A stretch of 31,165 nucleotides of DNA from a virus (lineage: Duplodnaviria; Heunggongvirae; Uroviricota; Caudoviricetes): the IMG/VR virus record IMGVR_UViG_2541047931_000001, one strand, 5' to 3'. Shown here piece after piece: positions 1-7,975 of the stretch; the first letter of the stretch is position 1, and the number at the start of each line of letters is the position of its first letter. The position numbers and the translations under genes were made by a program. The notes under the pieces are model-generated. The model made no database searches. It worked only from the letters and a program-made list of their open reading frames with translations, and had not been told where the DNA came from.

Positions 1-378
1 CTGCCTTTTCCGCCCAGCGTGAACACGTACTGGCGACACCCCAACAAAGGGGTGTTTGCTGGTAAGAGCCTGATAAGCGCGGCGGGGCGAAAATTCCAGA
101 GCGCGGCGTGCGCAGCAATAGTTGAGCAGTTACGTCGTCTGCCGAAACCAACGTCGGCACCTGCTTCAGTGGAGATCGTGTTGTTTCCTCCGGATAACAG
201 GATCCGCGATCTGGACAACTATAACAAGGCGCTGTTTGACGCCCTGACCCACGCGGGGGTGTGGGAAGACGACAGTCAGGTGAAAAGAATGCTGGTGGAG
301 TGGGGACCGGTTATCCCGGAAGGGAAGGTCGAGATCACTATCAGTAAGTACGAGAAAACGGCGGGTGCAGCTGCCTGA
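1..378 (+). CDS. rusA: Holliday junction resolvase RusA, 5'-truncated by the window edge
   Basis: The frame is open from base 1; upstream in-frame residues LPFPPSVN match the RusA N-terminal LPxPPSxN signature, and the conserved acidic RDLDN motif is present. Resemblance to K-12 RusA is from memory. The ORF track's apparent start at 19 is GTG. Confidence 0.75.
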   Translation: MPFPPSVNTYWRHPNKGVFAGKSLISAAGRKFQSAACAAIVEQLRRLPKPTSAPASVEIVLFPPDNRIRDLDNYNKALFDALTHAGVWEDDSQVKRMLVEWGPVIPEGKVEITISKYEKTAGAAA

Positions 379-397
379 TTAAGAGGAGAAACGAAGT

Positions 398-1207
398 ATG
401 AATAATCTGATGGTCATTGATGGTATTGAAGTTCGTCGTGATGCTTATGGGCGTTACAGCCTGAACGATCTGCATCGCGCAGCAGTAGCATCTGGTGCAA
501 ATGCCAGAACCAAGGAGCCAGGAAAGTTTCTTTCCAGCCAACAAACTGTTGAGCTTGTTCATGAATTAACCAACACCCAGAATTTGGGTGTTGACCCGGT
601 GAGCGTGATTCATGGGGGAAATGAACGGGGAACGTATGTCTGTAAGGAACTGGTGTATGCCTATGCAATGTGGATCAGCCCGTCATTCCATCTGAAGGTG
701 ATCCGTACTTTCGATATGGTAACCAGCGCGCCGGAAAAGTTATCCGGACAGGCTGCTGACAAGATGCAGGCTGGCGTGATTCTGCTGGACTTTATGCGCC
801 GGGAGTTAAATCTGTCTAACTCATCTGTGCTTGGGGCCTGTCAGAAACTCCAGGAGGCTGTTGGCTTACCGAATCTGGCACCGCGCTATGCCATTGATGC
901 ACCTGCTGACGCGCCTGATGGCTCAAGCCGCCCCACGCTGTCGCTGAGTGCACTGCTGAAGCAGTATGGTATCCGCCTGACGGCTAATCAGGCATATCAC
1001 CAGATGGCGAAGCTGGGGATCGTTGAACAACGCGAACGATACAGCCGTACCGCGATTAACAACATCAAAAAATTCTGGTCGCTGACAGCGAAAGGCTGCA
1101 TGTTCGGCAAGAACATCACCAGTCCCGCAAATCCGCGCGAGACGCAGCCGCATTTCTTCGAATCCCGATTCCCTGAGCTGTTAAAGCTGCTCGATACCGT
1201 TCATTGA
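398..1207 (+). CDS. KilA-N domain protein (antirepressor-like), 269 aa
   Basis: N-terminal MNNLMVIDGIEVRRDAYGRYSLNDLHRA fits the KilA-N/antirepressor pattern. A strong SD (AGGAG) sits just upstream of the ATG. It lies in the nin-region position between rusA and Q. Confidence 0.55.
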   Translation: MNNLMVIDGIEVRRDAYGRYSLNDLHRAAVASGANARTKEPGKFLSSQQTVELVHELTNTQNLGVDPVSVIHGGNERGTYVCKELVYAYAMWISPSFHLKVIRTFDMVTSAPEKLSGQAADKMQAGVILLDFMRRELNLSNSSVLGACQKLQEAVGLPNLAPRYAIDAPADAPDGSSRPTLSLSALLKQYGIRLTANQAYHQMAKLGIVEQRERYSRTAINNIKKFWSLTAKGCMFGKNITSPANPRETQPHFFESRFPELLKLLDTVH

Positions 1208-1208
1208 G

Positions 1209-2204
1209 GTGACCGTGAGAGCACTACTGACCCCTGAAATTGCCCCGCGTATGGGGATCGTATTGTTCAGGCCAGGTTCAGAGCTGATGCCCCTGTTTAT
1301 GCAGGGGCGTGTCCTGCTGGAGCCTGAGCCGGAACGTTATTCATCTTTTGCCAGTGGTGCCGTTCCGGCTGCATCACAACCGCTGGCGGATGATCCTGCC
1401 GTTCGGGCCGTGTTCCGCAATGAGGCAGTGATCCGTCGTGCTGGTGGCGTGGAATGTCTTGAAAGCTGGTTACTTCGTGAAAAAGGCTGCCAGTGGCCTC
1501 ATTCCGACTGGCACAGCGAGAACATGACCACAATGCGACACGCGCCGGGCGCAATCCGTCTGTGCTGGCACTGCGATAACCAACTGCGCGATCAGTTCAC
1601 GGAACGGCTGGAATCAATGGCAACGGATAACTGTGCCCGCTGGGTGTTGTCTGTTGTGCGTCGGGATCTCGGTTTTGATGACAGTCACGTTGTGACAATG
1701 CCGGAACTGTGCTGGTGGCTGATTCGTAATGATCTGGCGGATGCCTTACCGGAAAGTGCAGCCCGTAAGGCACTGAGATTACCGAAGCCTGTTGTGCCGT
1801 CTGTCACCCGGGAAAGTGACCTGGTGCCTTCGGTTCCTGCCACCAGCATCATCCAGGATAAAGCGAAAAAGGTGCTGGCGCTGAAAGTGGATCCGGAGTC
1901 GCCGGACTCTTTTATGTTACGCCCAAAACGTCGCCGCTGGGTTAATGAAAAGTACACGCGATGGGTTAAGACGCAGCCGTGCGCATGTTGTGGAAAACCT
2001 GCTGATGATCCCCACCACCTGATAGGCCACGGTCAGGGTGGAATGGGGACAAAAGCGCATGACCTCTTTGTGTTGCCTTTGTGCAGAAAGCATCACGACG
2101 AGCTGCATGCGGATAATGTGGCATTCGAAGAGAAGTATGGCTCCCAGCTGGAGCTGATATTTCGTTTTATCGATCGTGCGCTGACGATTGGTGTGCTGGC
2201 CTGA
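1209..2204 (+). CDS. DUF968-family prophage protein with C-terminal HNH-like zinc-finger motif, 331 aa
   Basis: The C-terminus carries CACCGK...DPHHL...[12 protein letters not shown] (Cys/His cluster typical of HNH-type nucleases; YdfU-like). GTG start immediately after the preceding stop. Confidence 0.5.
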   Translation: MTVRALLTPEIAPRMGIVLFRPGSELMPLFMQGRVLLEPEPERYSSFASGAVPAASQPLADDPAVRAVFRNEAVIRRAGGVECLESWLLREKGCQWPHSDWHSENMTTMRHAPGAIRLCWHCDNQLRDQFTERLESMATDNCARWVLSVVRRDLGFDDSHVVTMPELCWWLIRNDLADALPESAARKALRLPKPVVPSVTRESDLVPSVPATSIIQDKAKKVLALKVDPESPDSFMLRPKRRRWVNEKYTRWVKTQPCACCGKPADDPHHLIGHGQGGMGTKAHDLFVLPLCRKHHDELHADNVAFEEKYGSQLELIFRFIDRALTIGVLA

Positions 2205-2221
2205 TTTTGTGGAGAAAGTTG

Positions 2222-2605
2222 ATGCGTGATATTCAGATGGTTCTTGAGCGTTGGGGAGCGTGGGCGGCTAATAATCATGAAGATGTGACCTGGTCGTCCA
2301 TTGCCGCCGGTTTTAAGGGATTAATTCCTTCAAAAGTAAAATCTCGCCCGCAATGTTGTGACGATGACGCGATGATCATTTGCGGGTGCATGGCCCGTCT
2401 GAAAAAGAACAACAGCGATTTGCACGATTTATTAGTAGATTATTATGTAGTCGGTATGACATTCATGTCACTGGCAGGTAAGCATTGCTGCTCTGATGGT
2501 TATATCGGGAAAAGGTTACAAAAAGCTGAGGGCATAATTGAAGGGATGTTAATGGCATTAGATATCCGGTTAGAGATGGATATCGTTGTTAATAACTCTA
2601 ATTAA
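2222..2605 (+). CDS. quuD: Late antiterminator Q, small phage-21/DLP12 type, 127 aa
   Basis: Translation [26 protein letters not shown]... is recognised as the short Q family. GGAG lies 7 nt upstream of the ATG at 2222. The ORF-track start at 2207 is probably an over-extension. Confidence 0.75.
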   Translation: MRDIQMVLERWGAWAANNHEDVTWSSIAAGFKGLIPSKVKSRPQCCDDDAMIICGCMARLKKNNSDLHDLLVDYYVVGMTFMSLAGKHCCSDGYIGKRLQKAEGIIEGMLMALDIRLEMDIVVNNSN

Positions 2606-2744
2606 TATGCCAATTGTTTACTAAAAATTATTAAAAATGGGGCGTTGAGACGCCCCCAAAAATAAAGGGTAATATATAACAGAAGGTTTATATAGTTAGA
2701 AGCAAGGTTGTGCTTCTAAAGGAAGTGGCTTGAGGGAGCCACTT

Positions 2745-2785
2745 ATATGTTGGGGAGGCAACGCCTCCCGCAACATATCTTTTTC
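2745..2785 (+). terminator. Intrinsic terminator, about 15-bp interrupted stem plus T-run
   Basis: atatgttg-gggaggc / gcctccc-gcaacatat inverted repeat followed by cttttt, placed between Q and the convergent porin gene. Confidence 0.45.
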
Positions 2786-2794
2786 GTAATCAGA

Positions 2795-3877
2795 TTAGAA
2801 CTGGTAAACCAGACCTACAGCAACGATGTCATCAGTATCAATACCAGCTGTTTTGGTAAACTTACTATCGTCAATTAAGTTGATTTTGTAATCAACAAAA
2901 GTGGACATGTTTTTATTAAAGTAGTAAGTAGCACCGACATCGACATACTTGACTAAGTCTCGGTCACCATGAACACCAAGGTCTTTACCTTTTGACTGAA
3001 GGTAAGCAACAGATGGGCGCAGACCGAAGTCAAACTGATATTGTGCTACTGCTTCAAAGTTTTGTGCTTTGTTTGCAATATGGTTATTACCAAAAACGGT
3101 CATATTCTGAGTTTCAGAATATGTGGTAGCCAGATAGATATTGTTCGCATCATATTTCAGGCCTGCAGCCCATACTTCCGCATTTTTGCCGGAGGCATTG
3201 AATTTGCTCTTACCATAGGCGACCTGACCGTCAGTGCGATCTGATTTAGCATAGGTTGCACCCACGCCGAATCCTTCATACTCATAAGTAGTGGAGAAAC
3301 CGAAACCATCACCATTGGCTTCAGTTACGTCAGTGCGGTCATTTTTACCCTGATACTGAGCAGCAAAGTTCAGGCCATCGACCAGACCAAAGAAGTCGTT
3401 GTTACGATAAGTTGCAACACCAGTAGTGCGACCAGTCATGAACACATCTGTTTGGGTCCAGGTATCACCACCGAATTCTGGCAGGACGTCAGTCCACGCA
3501 CCGATGTCGTATGCTACACCGTAGTTACGGCCGTAATCGATTGAGCCGTAATCACCAAATTTCAGGCCTGCAAATGCAAGACGGGTTTTGTCTTTGGAAG
3601 AACCTTGAGATTCAGCGCGGTTGCCTTTGAATTCATATTCCCACTGACCGAAACCAGTCAGTTGATCGTTGATTTGGGTTTCACCTTTGAAGCCAAGACG
3701 GGCATAAGTAGTATCACCATCATCTGCATCATTAGAGGAGAAGTAGTGCTTAGCATTAACTTTCCCGTACAGATCCAGCTTGTTACTGTCTTTATTATAA
3801 ATTTCAGCTGCCTGAGCAGACATCGCCATCAGTACTGATGCAGCTACAGCAGAAATTGCCACTGTTAATTTTTTCAT
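2795..3877 (-). CDS. nmpC: Outer-membrane general porin, OmpC/OmpF family, NmpC/Lc-type phage moron, 360 aa, apparently intact
   Basis: Signal peptide [23 protein letters not shown], then [16 protein letters not shown] and a C-terminal ...VGLVYQF ending in Phe, as in classical porins. Convergent with Q and located between Q and the lysis genes, as in DLP12/PA-2. Confidence 0.85.
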   Translation of the reverse strand: MKKLTVAISAVAASVLMAMSAQAAEIYNKDSNKLDLYGKVNAKHYFSSNDADDGDTTYARLGFKGETQINDQLTGFGQWEYEFKGNRAESQGSSKDKTRLAFAGLKFGDYGSIDYGRNYGVAYDIGAWTDVLPEFGGDTWTQTDVFMTGRTTGVATYRNNDFFGLVDGLNFAAQYQGKNDRTDVTEANGDGFGFSTTYEYEGFGVGATYAKSDRTDGQVAYGKSKFNASGKNAEVWAAGLKYDANNIYLATTYSETQNMTVFGNNHIANKAQNFEAVAQYQFDFGLRPSVAYLQSKGKDLGVHGDRDLVKYVDVGATYYFNKNMSTFVDYKINLIDDSKFTKTAGIDTDDIVAVGLVYQF

Positions 3878-4305
3878 CGTGAGCCCTTTTTTTTGAACTA
3901 TTATTAAAAAATGATGTCACTGCGCGATAAATATTCATCTAATCAATGTGATTATTTCAAGATGTAAGTTTTGGTTTCTCGTTTGATTTGTGAAGTAGAT
4001 CTCTATTTTTATCTGAACTTTTTTCTATCGAATCCTATTCATAGCTCTTGGCTGAATAAAAATAAATCTATTAGCCAATTTATACTAACGGTTGTTATTT
4101 ATAAGTGCTCTATAATTTGAAGGTTCAATTTAAATCGGCTAAAAATAACACTGGAAATTATTTGTTGGTTATTTGTTGAGATTTGCTTATGTATTTGTAG
4201 TGGTGTTTTCAATACTCGGTAGCATTCTCGCAAATATCATTTAGTGGTTTACGTACGTAAAAAATTGGTTATGCTGTTAAGAGTGGTTACTTCGTCACAC
4301 AGCTT

Positions 4306-4337
4306 AAACCCGCCGTCGAGCGGGTTTTTCCATTTTT
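4306..4337 (+). terminator. tR'-like intrinsic terminator upstream of the lysis cassette
   Basis: aaacccgc / gcgggttt stem with cgtcga loop, followed by ttttccatttttt. It occupies the position of lambda tR' (end of a 6S-like leader). Confidence 0.45.
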
Positions 4338-4450
4338 TGAGTCTCGATATTAGCTGATAACCCAATACCTGAGTTATTCACTGACTTCGAGTCTGTTACG
4401 TTTCGTAGTATTCCCTCAATTTACACCCGCTTTGTCTGCGAGGTGGGGTT

Positions 4451-4666
4451 ATGAAATCCATGGATAAGTTAACAACGGGTGTCGCCTATGGCACCTCAGC
4501 AGGTAGTGCCGGGTACTGGTTTTTACAGCTGCTAGATAAAGTCACGCCCTCACAGTGGGCGGCAATTGGAGTGCTGGGTAGCCTGGTATTTGGCCTGCTG
4601 ACGTACCTGACAAACCTTTATTTCAAGATTAAAGAAGATAAGCGTAAGGCTGCGAGAGGTGAATAA
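4451..4666 (+). CDS. essD: Class II holin, phage-21 S21-type pinholin with dual start, 71 aa
   Basis: [10 protein letters not shown]... has the Met1-Lys-Ser-Met4 dual-start arrangement and two hydrophobic segments. SD GAGGTGGGG upstream. Confidence 0.85.
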
Positions 4667-5163
4667 TGTCGCCATCATTACGCAAGGCTGTAGCAGCTGC
4701 TATTGGTGGTGGGGCTGTTGCCATAGCGTCTGTGCTCATCACTGGTCCGAGTGGTGACGATGGTCTGGAAGGTGTCAGCTACATACCATATAAAGATATT
4801 GTTGGTGTATGGACTGTATGTCACGGGCATACAGGAAAAGACATCATGCTCGGTAAAACGTATACCAAAGCAGAATGCAAAGCACTCTTGAATAAAGACC
4901 TTGCCACTGTCGCCAGACAAATTAACCCGTACATCGAAGTCGATATACCGGAAACAACGCGCGGCGCTCTTTACTCATTCGTTTACAACGTGGGTGCTGG
5001 CAATTTCAGAACATCGACGCTTCTTCGCAAAATAAACCAGGGCGATATCAAAGGCGCATGTGATCAGCTACGGCGCTGGACATACGCTGGCGGTAATCAA
5101 TGGAAAGGACTGATGACTCGCCGTGAGATTGAGCGTGAAGTCTGTTTGTGGGGGAAACAATGA
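4666..5163 (+). CDS. rrrD: SAR endolysin (R21-type lysozyme), 165 aa
   Basis: N-terminal Gly/Ala-rich signal-anchor-release segment [18 protein letters not shown] followed by a lysozyme-like domain. Its start overlaps the holin stop (TAATG). Confidence 0.85.
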   Translation: MSPSLRKAVAAAIGGGAVAIASVLITGPSGDDGLEGVSYIPYKDIVGVWTVCHGHTGKDIMLGKTYTKAECKALLNKDLATVARQINPYIEVDIPETTRGALYSFVYNVGAGNFRTSTLLRKINQGDIKGACDQLRRWTYAGGNQWKGLMTRREIEREVCLWGKQ

Positions 5164-5618
5164 GCAGAGTAACCGCGATTATCTCCGCTCTGGTTATCTG
5201 CATCATCGTCTGCCTGTCATGGGCTGTTAATCATTACCGTGATAACGCCATTACCTACAAAGCCCAGCGCGACAAAAATGTCAGAGAACTGGAGAAGGCG
5301 AACGCCACCATCGCTGACATGCGGAAGCGTCAACGTGATGTAGCAGAACTCGATGCAAGATACACAAAGGAGCTTGCTGATGCTAACGCGACTATCGAAA
5401 GTCTCCGTGCTGATGTTTCTGCTGGGCGTAAGCGCCTGCAAGTCGCCGCCACCTGTGCAAAGTCAACGACCGGAGCCAGCGGCATGGGCGATGGAGAAAG
5501 CCCAGGACTTACAGCAGATGCTGAACTCAATTATTACCGTCTCCGAAGTGGAATCGACAAGATAACCGCGCAGGTTAACTACCTGCAGGAATACATCAGG
5601 ACGCAATGCCTGAAATAA
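5160..5618 (+). CDS. rzpD: Inner-membrane spanin Rz, 152 aa
   Basis: [40 protein letters not shown]... closely resembles lambda Rz. The ATG overlaps the endolysin stop. The ORF-track start at 5148 is GTG. Confidence 0.85.
   Translation: MSRVTAIISALVICIIVCLSWAVNHYRDNAITYKAQRDKNVRELEKANATIADMRKRQRDVAELDARYTKELADANATIESLRADVSAGRKRLQVAATCAKSTTGASGMGDGESPGLTADAELNYYRLRSGIDKITAQVNYLQEYIRTQCLK
5380..5565 (+). CDS. rzoD: Outer-membrane lipoprotein spanin Rz1, nested in the +1 frame of Rz
   Basis: Embedded ORF with lipobox LLGVSAC and a Pro-rich segment. AAGGAG lies 8 nt upstream of the ATG at 5380. The ORF-track start at 5353 is the alternative. Confidence 0.65.
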   Translation: MLTRLSKVSVLMFLLGVSACKSPPPVQSQRPEPAAWAMEKAQDLQQMLNSIITVSEVESTR

Positions 5619-5649
5619 TTTTTTTGCAAATCACAAAGTCCATTTAATG

Positions 5650-5707
5650 AGCCTCGCGATGCGGGGCTTTTTGCAATAAATGCGTACCGCAACGCATGTT
5701 TTTTACA
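5650..5707 (+). terminator. Two tandem intrinsic-terminator-like hairpins after Rz
   Basis: agcctcgc gat gcggggct + ttttt, then atgcgt accgca acgcat + gtttttt. Confidence 0.45.
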
Positions 5708-5870
5708 CCGAACCTGCCCCTTTGGAATGGGCCTTTGAGGATACCAGTTAGTGCTGGCGAGCCTCGGTGGGCTGGTTTCCTGTGCGGCAAAGGTTCATTT
5801 CAAAGAGTAGGTACACGCTATGAAATCATTAACCCTCTTCAATTAACCAATTCGTATCGGTGAAGATGGC

Positions 5871-6317
5871 ATGATCTGCCTCACTGATATGTGGAAAGCC
5901 AGTGGTAAAAGTGAATCTGAATCGCCTTACCACTACCTGCGAAACAAGCAGACCAAAGAGTTCTTAGCCGAGCTGGAGAAAAACCACGAATCTGTGGTTT
6001 TTACTGAGCGCGGTGTACACGGTGGAACATATGGCGGGAAGTTTGTTGCTTACGATTATGCGGCTTGGTTAAACCCCGGGTTCAAGTACGCGGCCTATAA
6101 AGTCCTCGATGACTACTTCACCGGAGAACTTCAGCATCGCAACAGCTTAAGTGCGCAGCTCAACATGAAATGTCATGAGTTTGACCAGAAGAAAGACATG
6201 GCGAGCTTCTGCGGACAAGGGCTGGCAGCATGGCGCTATACGAAGCCAGTGTTGGTCGCTGAGATTAACTCCCTGGCTAACCAGCTGCAGATTACGATCC
6301 CCGGGCTTCCGGGATGA
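5871..6317 (+). CDS. KilA-N-like domain protein, 148 aa as called, possibly N-terminally disrupted
   Basis: GMICLTDMWKASGKSESESPYHYLRNKQTKEFLAEL fits the KilA-N/antirepressor N-domain pattern. An upstream in-frame ATG at 5820 is cut off by TAA at 5844. Confidence 0.4.
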   Translation: MICLTDMWKASGKSESESPYHYLRNKQTKEFLAELEKNHESVVFTERGVHGGTYGGKFVAYDYAAWLNPGFKYAAYKVLDDYFTGELQHRNSLSAQLNMKCHEFDQKKDMASFCGQGLAAWRYTKPVLVAEINSLANQLQITIPGLPG

Positions 6318-6583
6318 GTGATCATGTTATTGAATGCGCCTCCAGAGCGGGGCGCGACTTCTCAGAGTTCATGAAAGGCGAGAAGGGCATGATGGAAGCA
6401 TTGGCCTCGGTGGACGAGTTTGGCGAGCAGCTGCGCCTCAACGGCTGTGTCAATCATCACTTTGTTAGCTACATGATGCGGAACTCGATCATGCAGGCAT
6501 TCATGGACATGGCAAAAGCCGAGAGGAAAGAAGAGCGCCGGCGTAAGCGAGCGGAAGCAAAAGCAAAAGCAAAAGTGAAGTAG
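6314..6583 (+). CDS. Hypothetical protein, 89 aa, Lys/Ala/Glu-rich C-terminal tail
   Basis: Start overlaps the upstream stop (ATGA), suggesting translational coupling. No recognisable family; the C-terminus is encoded by an (AAAGC)n-like run. Confidence 0.35.
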   Translation: MSDHVIECASRAGRDFSEFMKGEKGMMEALASVDEFGEQLRLNGCVNHHFVSYMMRNSIMQAFMDMAKAERKEERRRKRAEAKAKAKVK

Positions 6584-7171
6584 CCATTACAAAGCCCATT
6601 TACGGGTGGGCTTGATAATGAAACCGGAATTTATTCTGGGCCACCAGTTAACGGCAGTACCACGAAACAACCCAAGCCAGTAAGTGGGGAAATAACACCG
6701 GCAGCCACTGAAAGATGAACCTCCTGCCTTATGGCAAAAAAGATTCTTTGTGGTGGCGGACTGATGGAAAGACATCCTAATTTCAGCCAAACATTGAAGG
6801 AGTTGTTATGTCAGCAGAAGGTTTCAATAACCCATCAAAATTCCGGGATGAGTGGGATAGCAGCGTAAAGAGTAAGTGATGCCATCACAAAAGCCATTCC
6901 CTACAGAGTGGCTTTGATAATGGCTTATACCCTACACGGGATAACTTAACTGATATCCCTTTTAAAGGATAAAGGTATTCAAGCCTGACATATCATGCGC
7001 TGTATCGTCGCCGTATTCCCGTATTAACAGAGACCGTAGCCCGACGGGGAACTCCTTCTGCGCGAGTGTGCGGGAATAATCAAAAACGATGCACACCGGG
7101 GTTACCGGGTACACATATTTCATCATGCCAGCGAGTCCGGTTCTGGCACGGAAGAAACCGGACGTTATGAT

Positions 7172-7597
7172 TTAGTGCGGAAATATTTGTGTAGTGTTCT
7201 GAATGTTCTCAGTAAAGAGTAATGAATTATCAAAGGTATAGTAATACCTTTTGTTTTCGTGGATATTTGTAATCCATCTGAAAACCCCTGCTGTAGCAAG
7301 ATTTTTCCTGTATTCGTAAAATGATAACTCTCCTGATTTGAATCCTTTTAAGGTGGCTTCTATAAGGCATTTATTTTTTGAAAATCTTACATTTACAACC
7401 TTACCCTGTCCTTTTATTAAAACCGTATTATCGTTTTCAAGAACAAGATGAATATTCTCTGTGGCTAAATAGTAAATGTAATGTGAGACATTGTGACGTT
7501 TTAGTTCAGAATAAAACCAGTGATAGTTTAAATTATTTCGCACTTTATCGAATATTTGTTTAAAAATGGCAACCTGAGCCATTGTAGTACCTTCCAT
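7172..7597 (-). CDS. Hypothetical protein, AT-rich, 141 aa (136 aa from the more probable start at 7582)
   Basis: Long ORF in a visibly AT-rich segment. GAAGG SD-like element precedes the second ATG (Met6). It lies 42-57 bp downstream of the RHH gene on the same strand. No recognisable motif. Confidence 0.45.
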   Translation of the reverse strand: MEGTTMAQVAIFKQIFDKVRNNLNYHWFYSELKRHNVSHYIYYLATENIHLVLENDNTVLIKGQGKVVNVRFSKNKCLIEATLKGFKSGELSFYEYRKNLATAGVFRWITNIHENKRYYYTFDNSLLFTENIQNTTQIFPH

Positions 7598-7639
7598 GTG
7601 ATATGAGGGGGCGTAGTCTGCACGATTATCTAAATTGCT

Positions 7640-7873
7640 TCAATCTGGTCTAACCTGTTTTCTGAGCAATTCAGTAATGTCACTCTTTTCTTTGTTTGCT
7701 TCAGGCGAAACTCTTTTTTCTGAGCACAGTCTCCGGCGGCAGGCTTCAATGACCCAGGCTGAGAAATTCCCGGACCCTTTTTGAACAAGAGCGATGTTAA
7801 TTTGTTCAATCATTTGGTTAGGAAAGCGGATGTTGCGGGTTGTTGTTCTGCGGGTTCTGTTCTTCGTTGACAT
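7640..7873 (-). CDS. Arc/Mnt-type ribbon-helix-helix DNA-binding protein, 77 aa
   Basis: RNIRFPNQMIEQINIALVQKGSGNFSAWVIEACRRRL aligns by eye with P22 Arc FNLRWPREVLDLVRKVAEENGRSVNSEIYQRVMESF (beta-strand, helix, G-x-S, helix). Confidence 0.55.
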   Translation of the reverse strand: MSTKNRTRRTTTRNIRFPNQMIEQINIALVQKGSGNFSAWVIEACRRRLCSEKRVSPEANKEKSDITELLRKQVRPD

Positions 7874-7942
7874 GAGGTTGCCCTGTATTCAGTGTCGCTG
7901 ATTTGTATTGTCTGAAGTTGTTTTTACGTTAAGTTGATGCAG

Positions 7943-7975
7943 ATCAATTAATACGATACCTGCGTCATAATTGAT
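7943..7975. promoter_or_regulatory. Inverted repeat, candidate operator upstream of the RHH gene
   Basis: ATCAATTA - 17 bp - TAATTGAT, about 70 bp upstream of the RHH start on the minus strand, with a direct repeat of AAGTTG nearby. Confidence 0.3.

Noticed and set aside
4079-4088. TTTATACTAA, matching 10 of 15 bp of the lambda att core
   Set aside because: Short match in an AT-rich region in the middle of the late operon, with no adjacent integrase or arm-type sites. Most likely chance.
6587-6790. 67-aa minus-strand ORF in the cargo region
   Set aside because: No SD, an odd Trp/Cys-rich composition, and it overlaps the duplicated hairpin motif. More likely non-coding.
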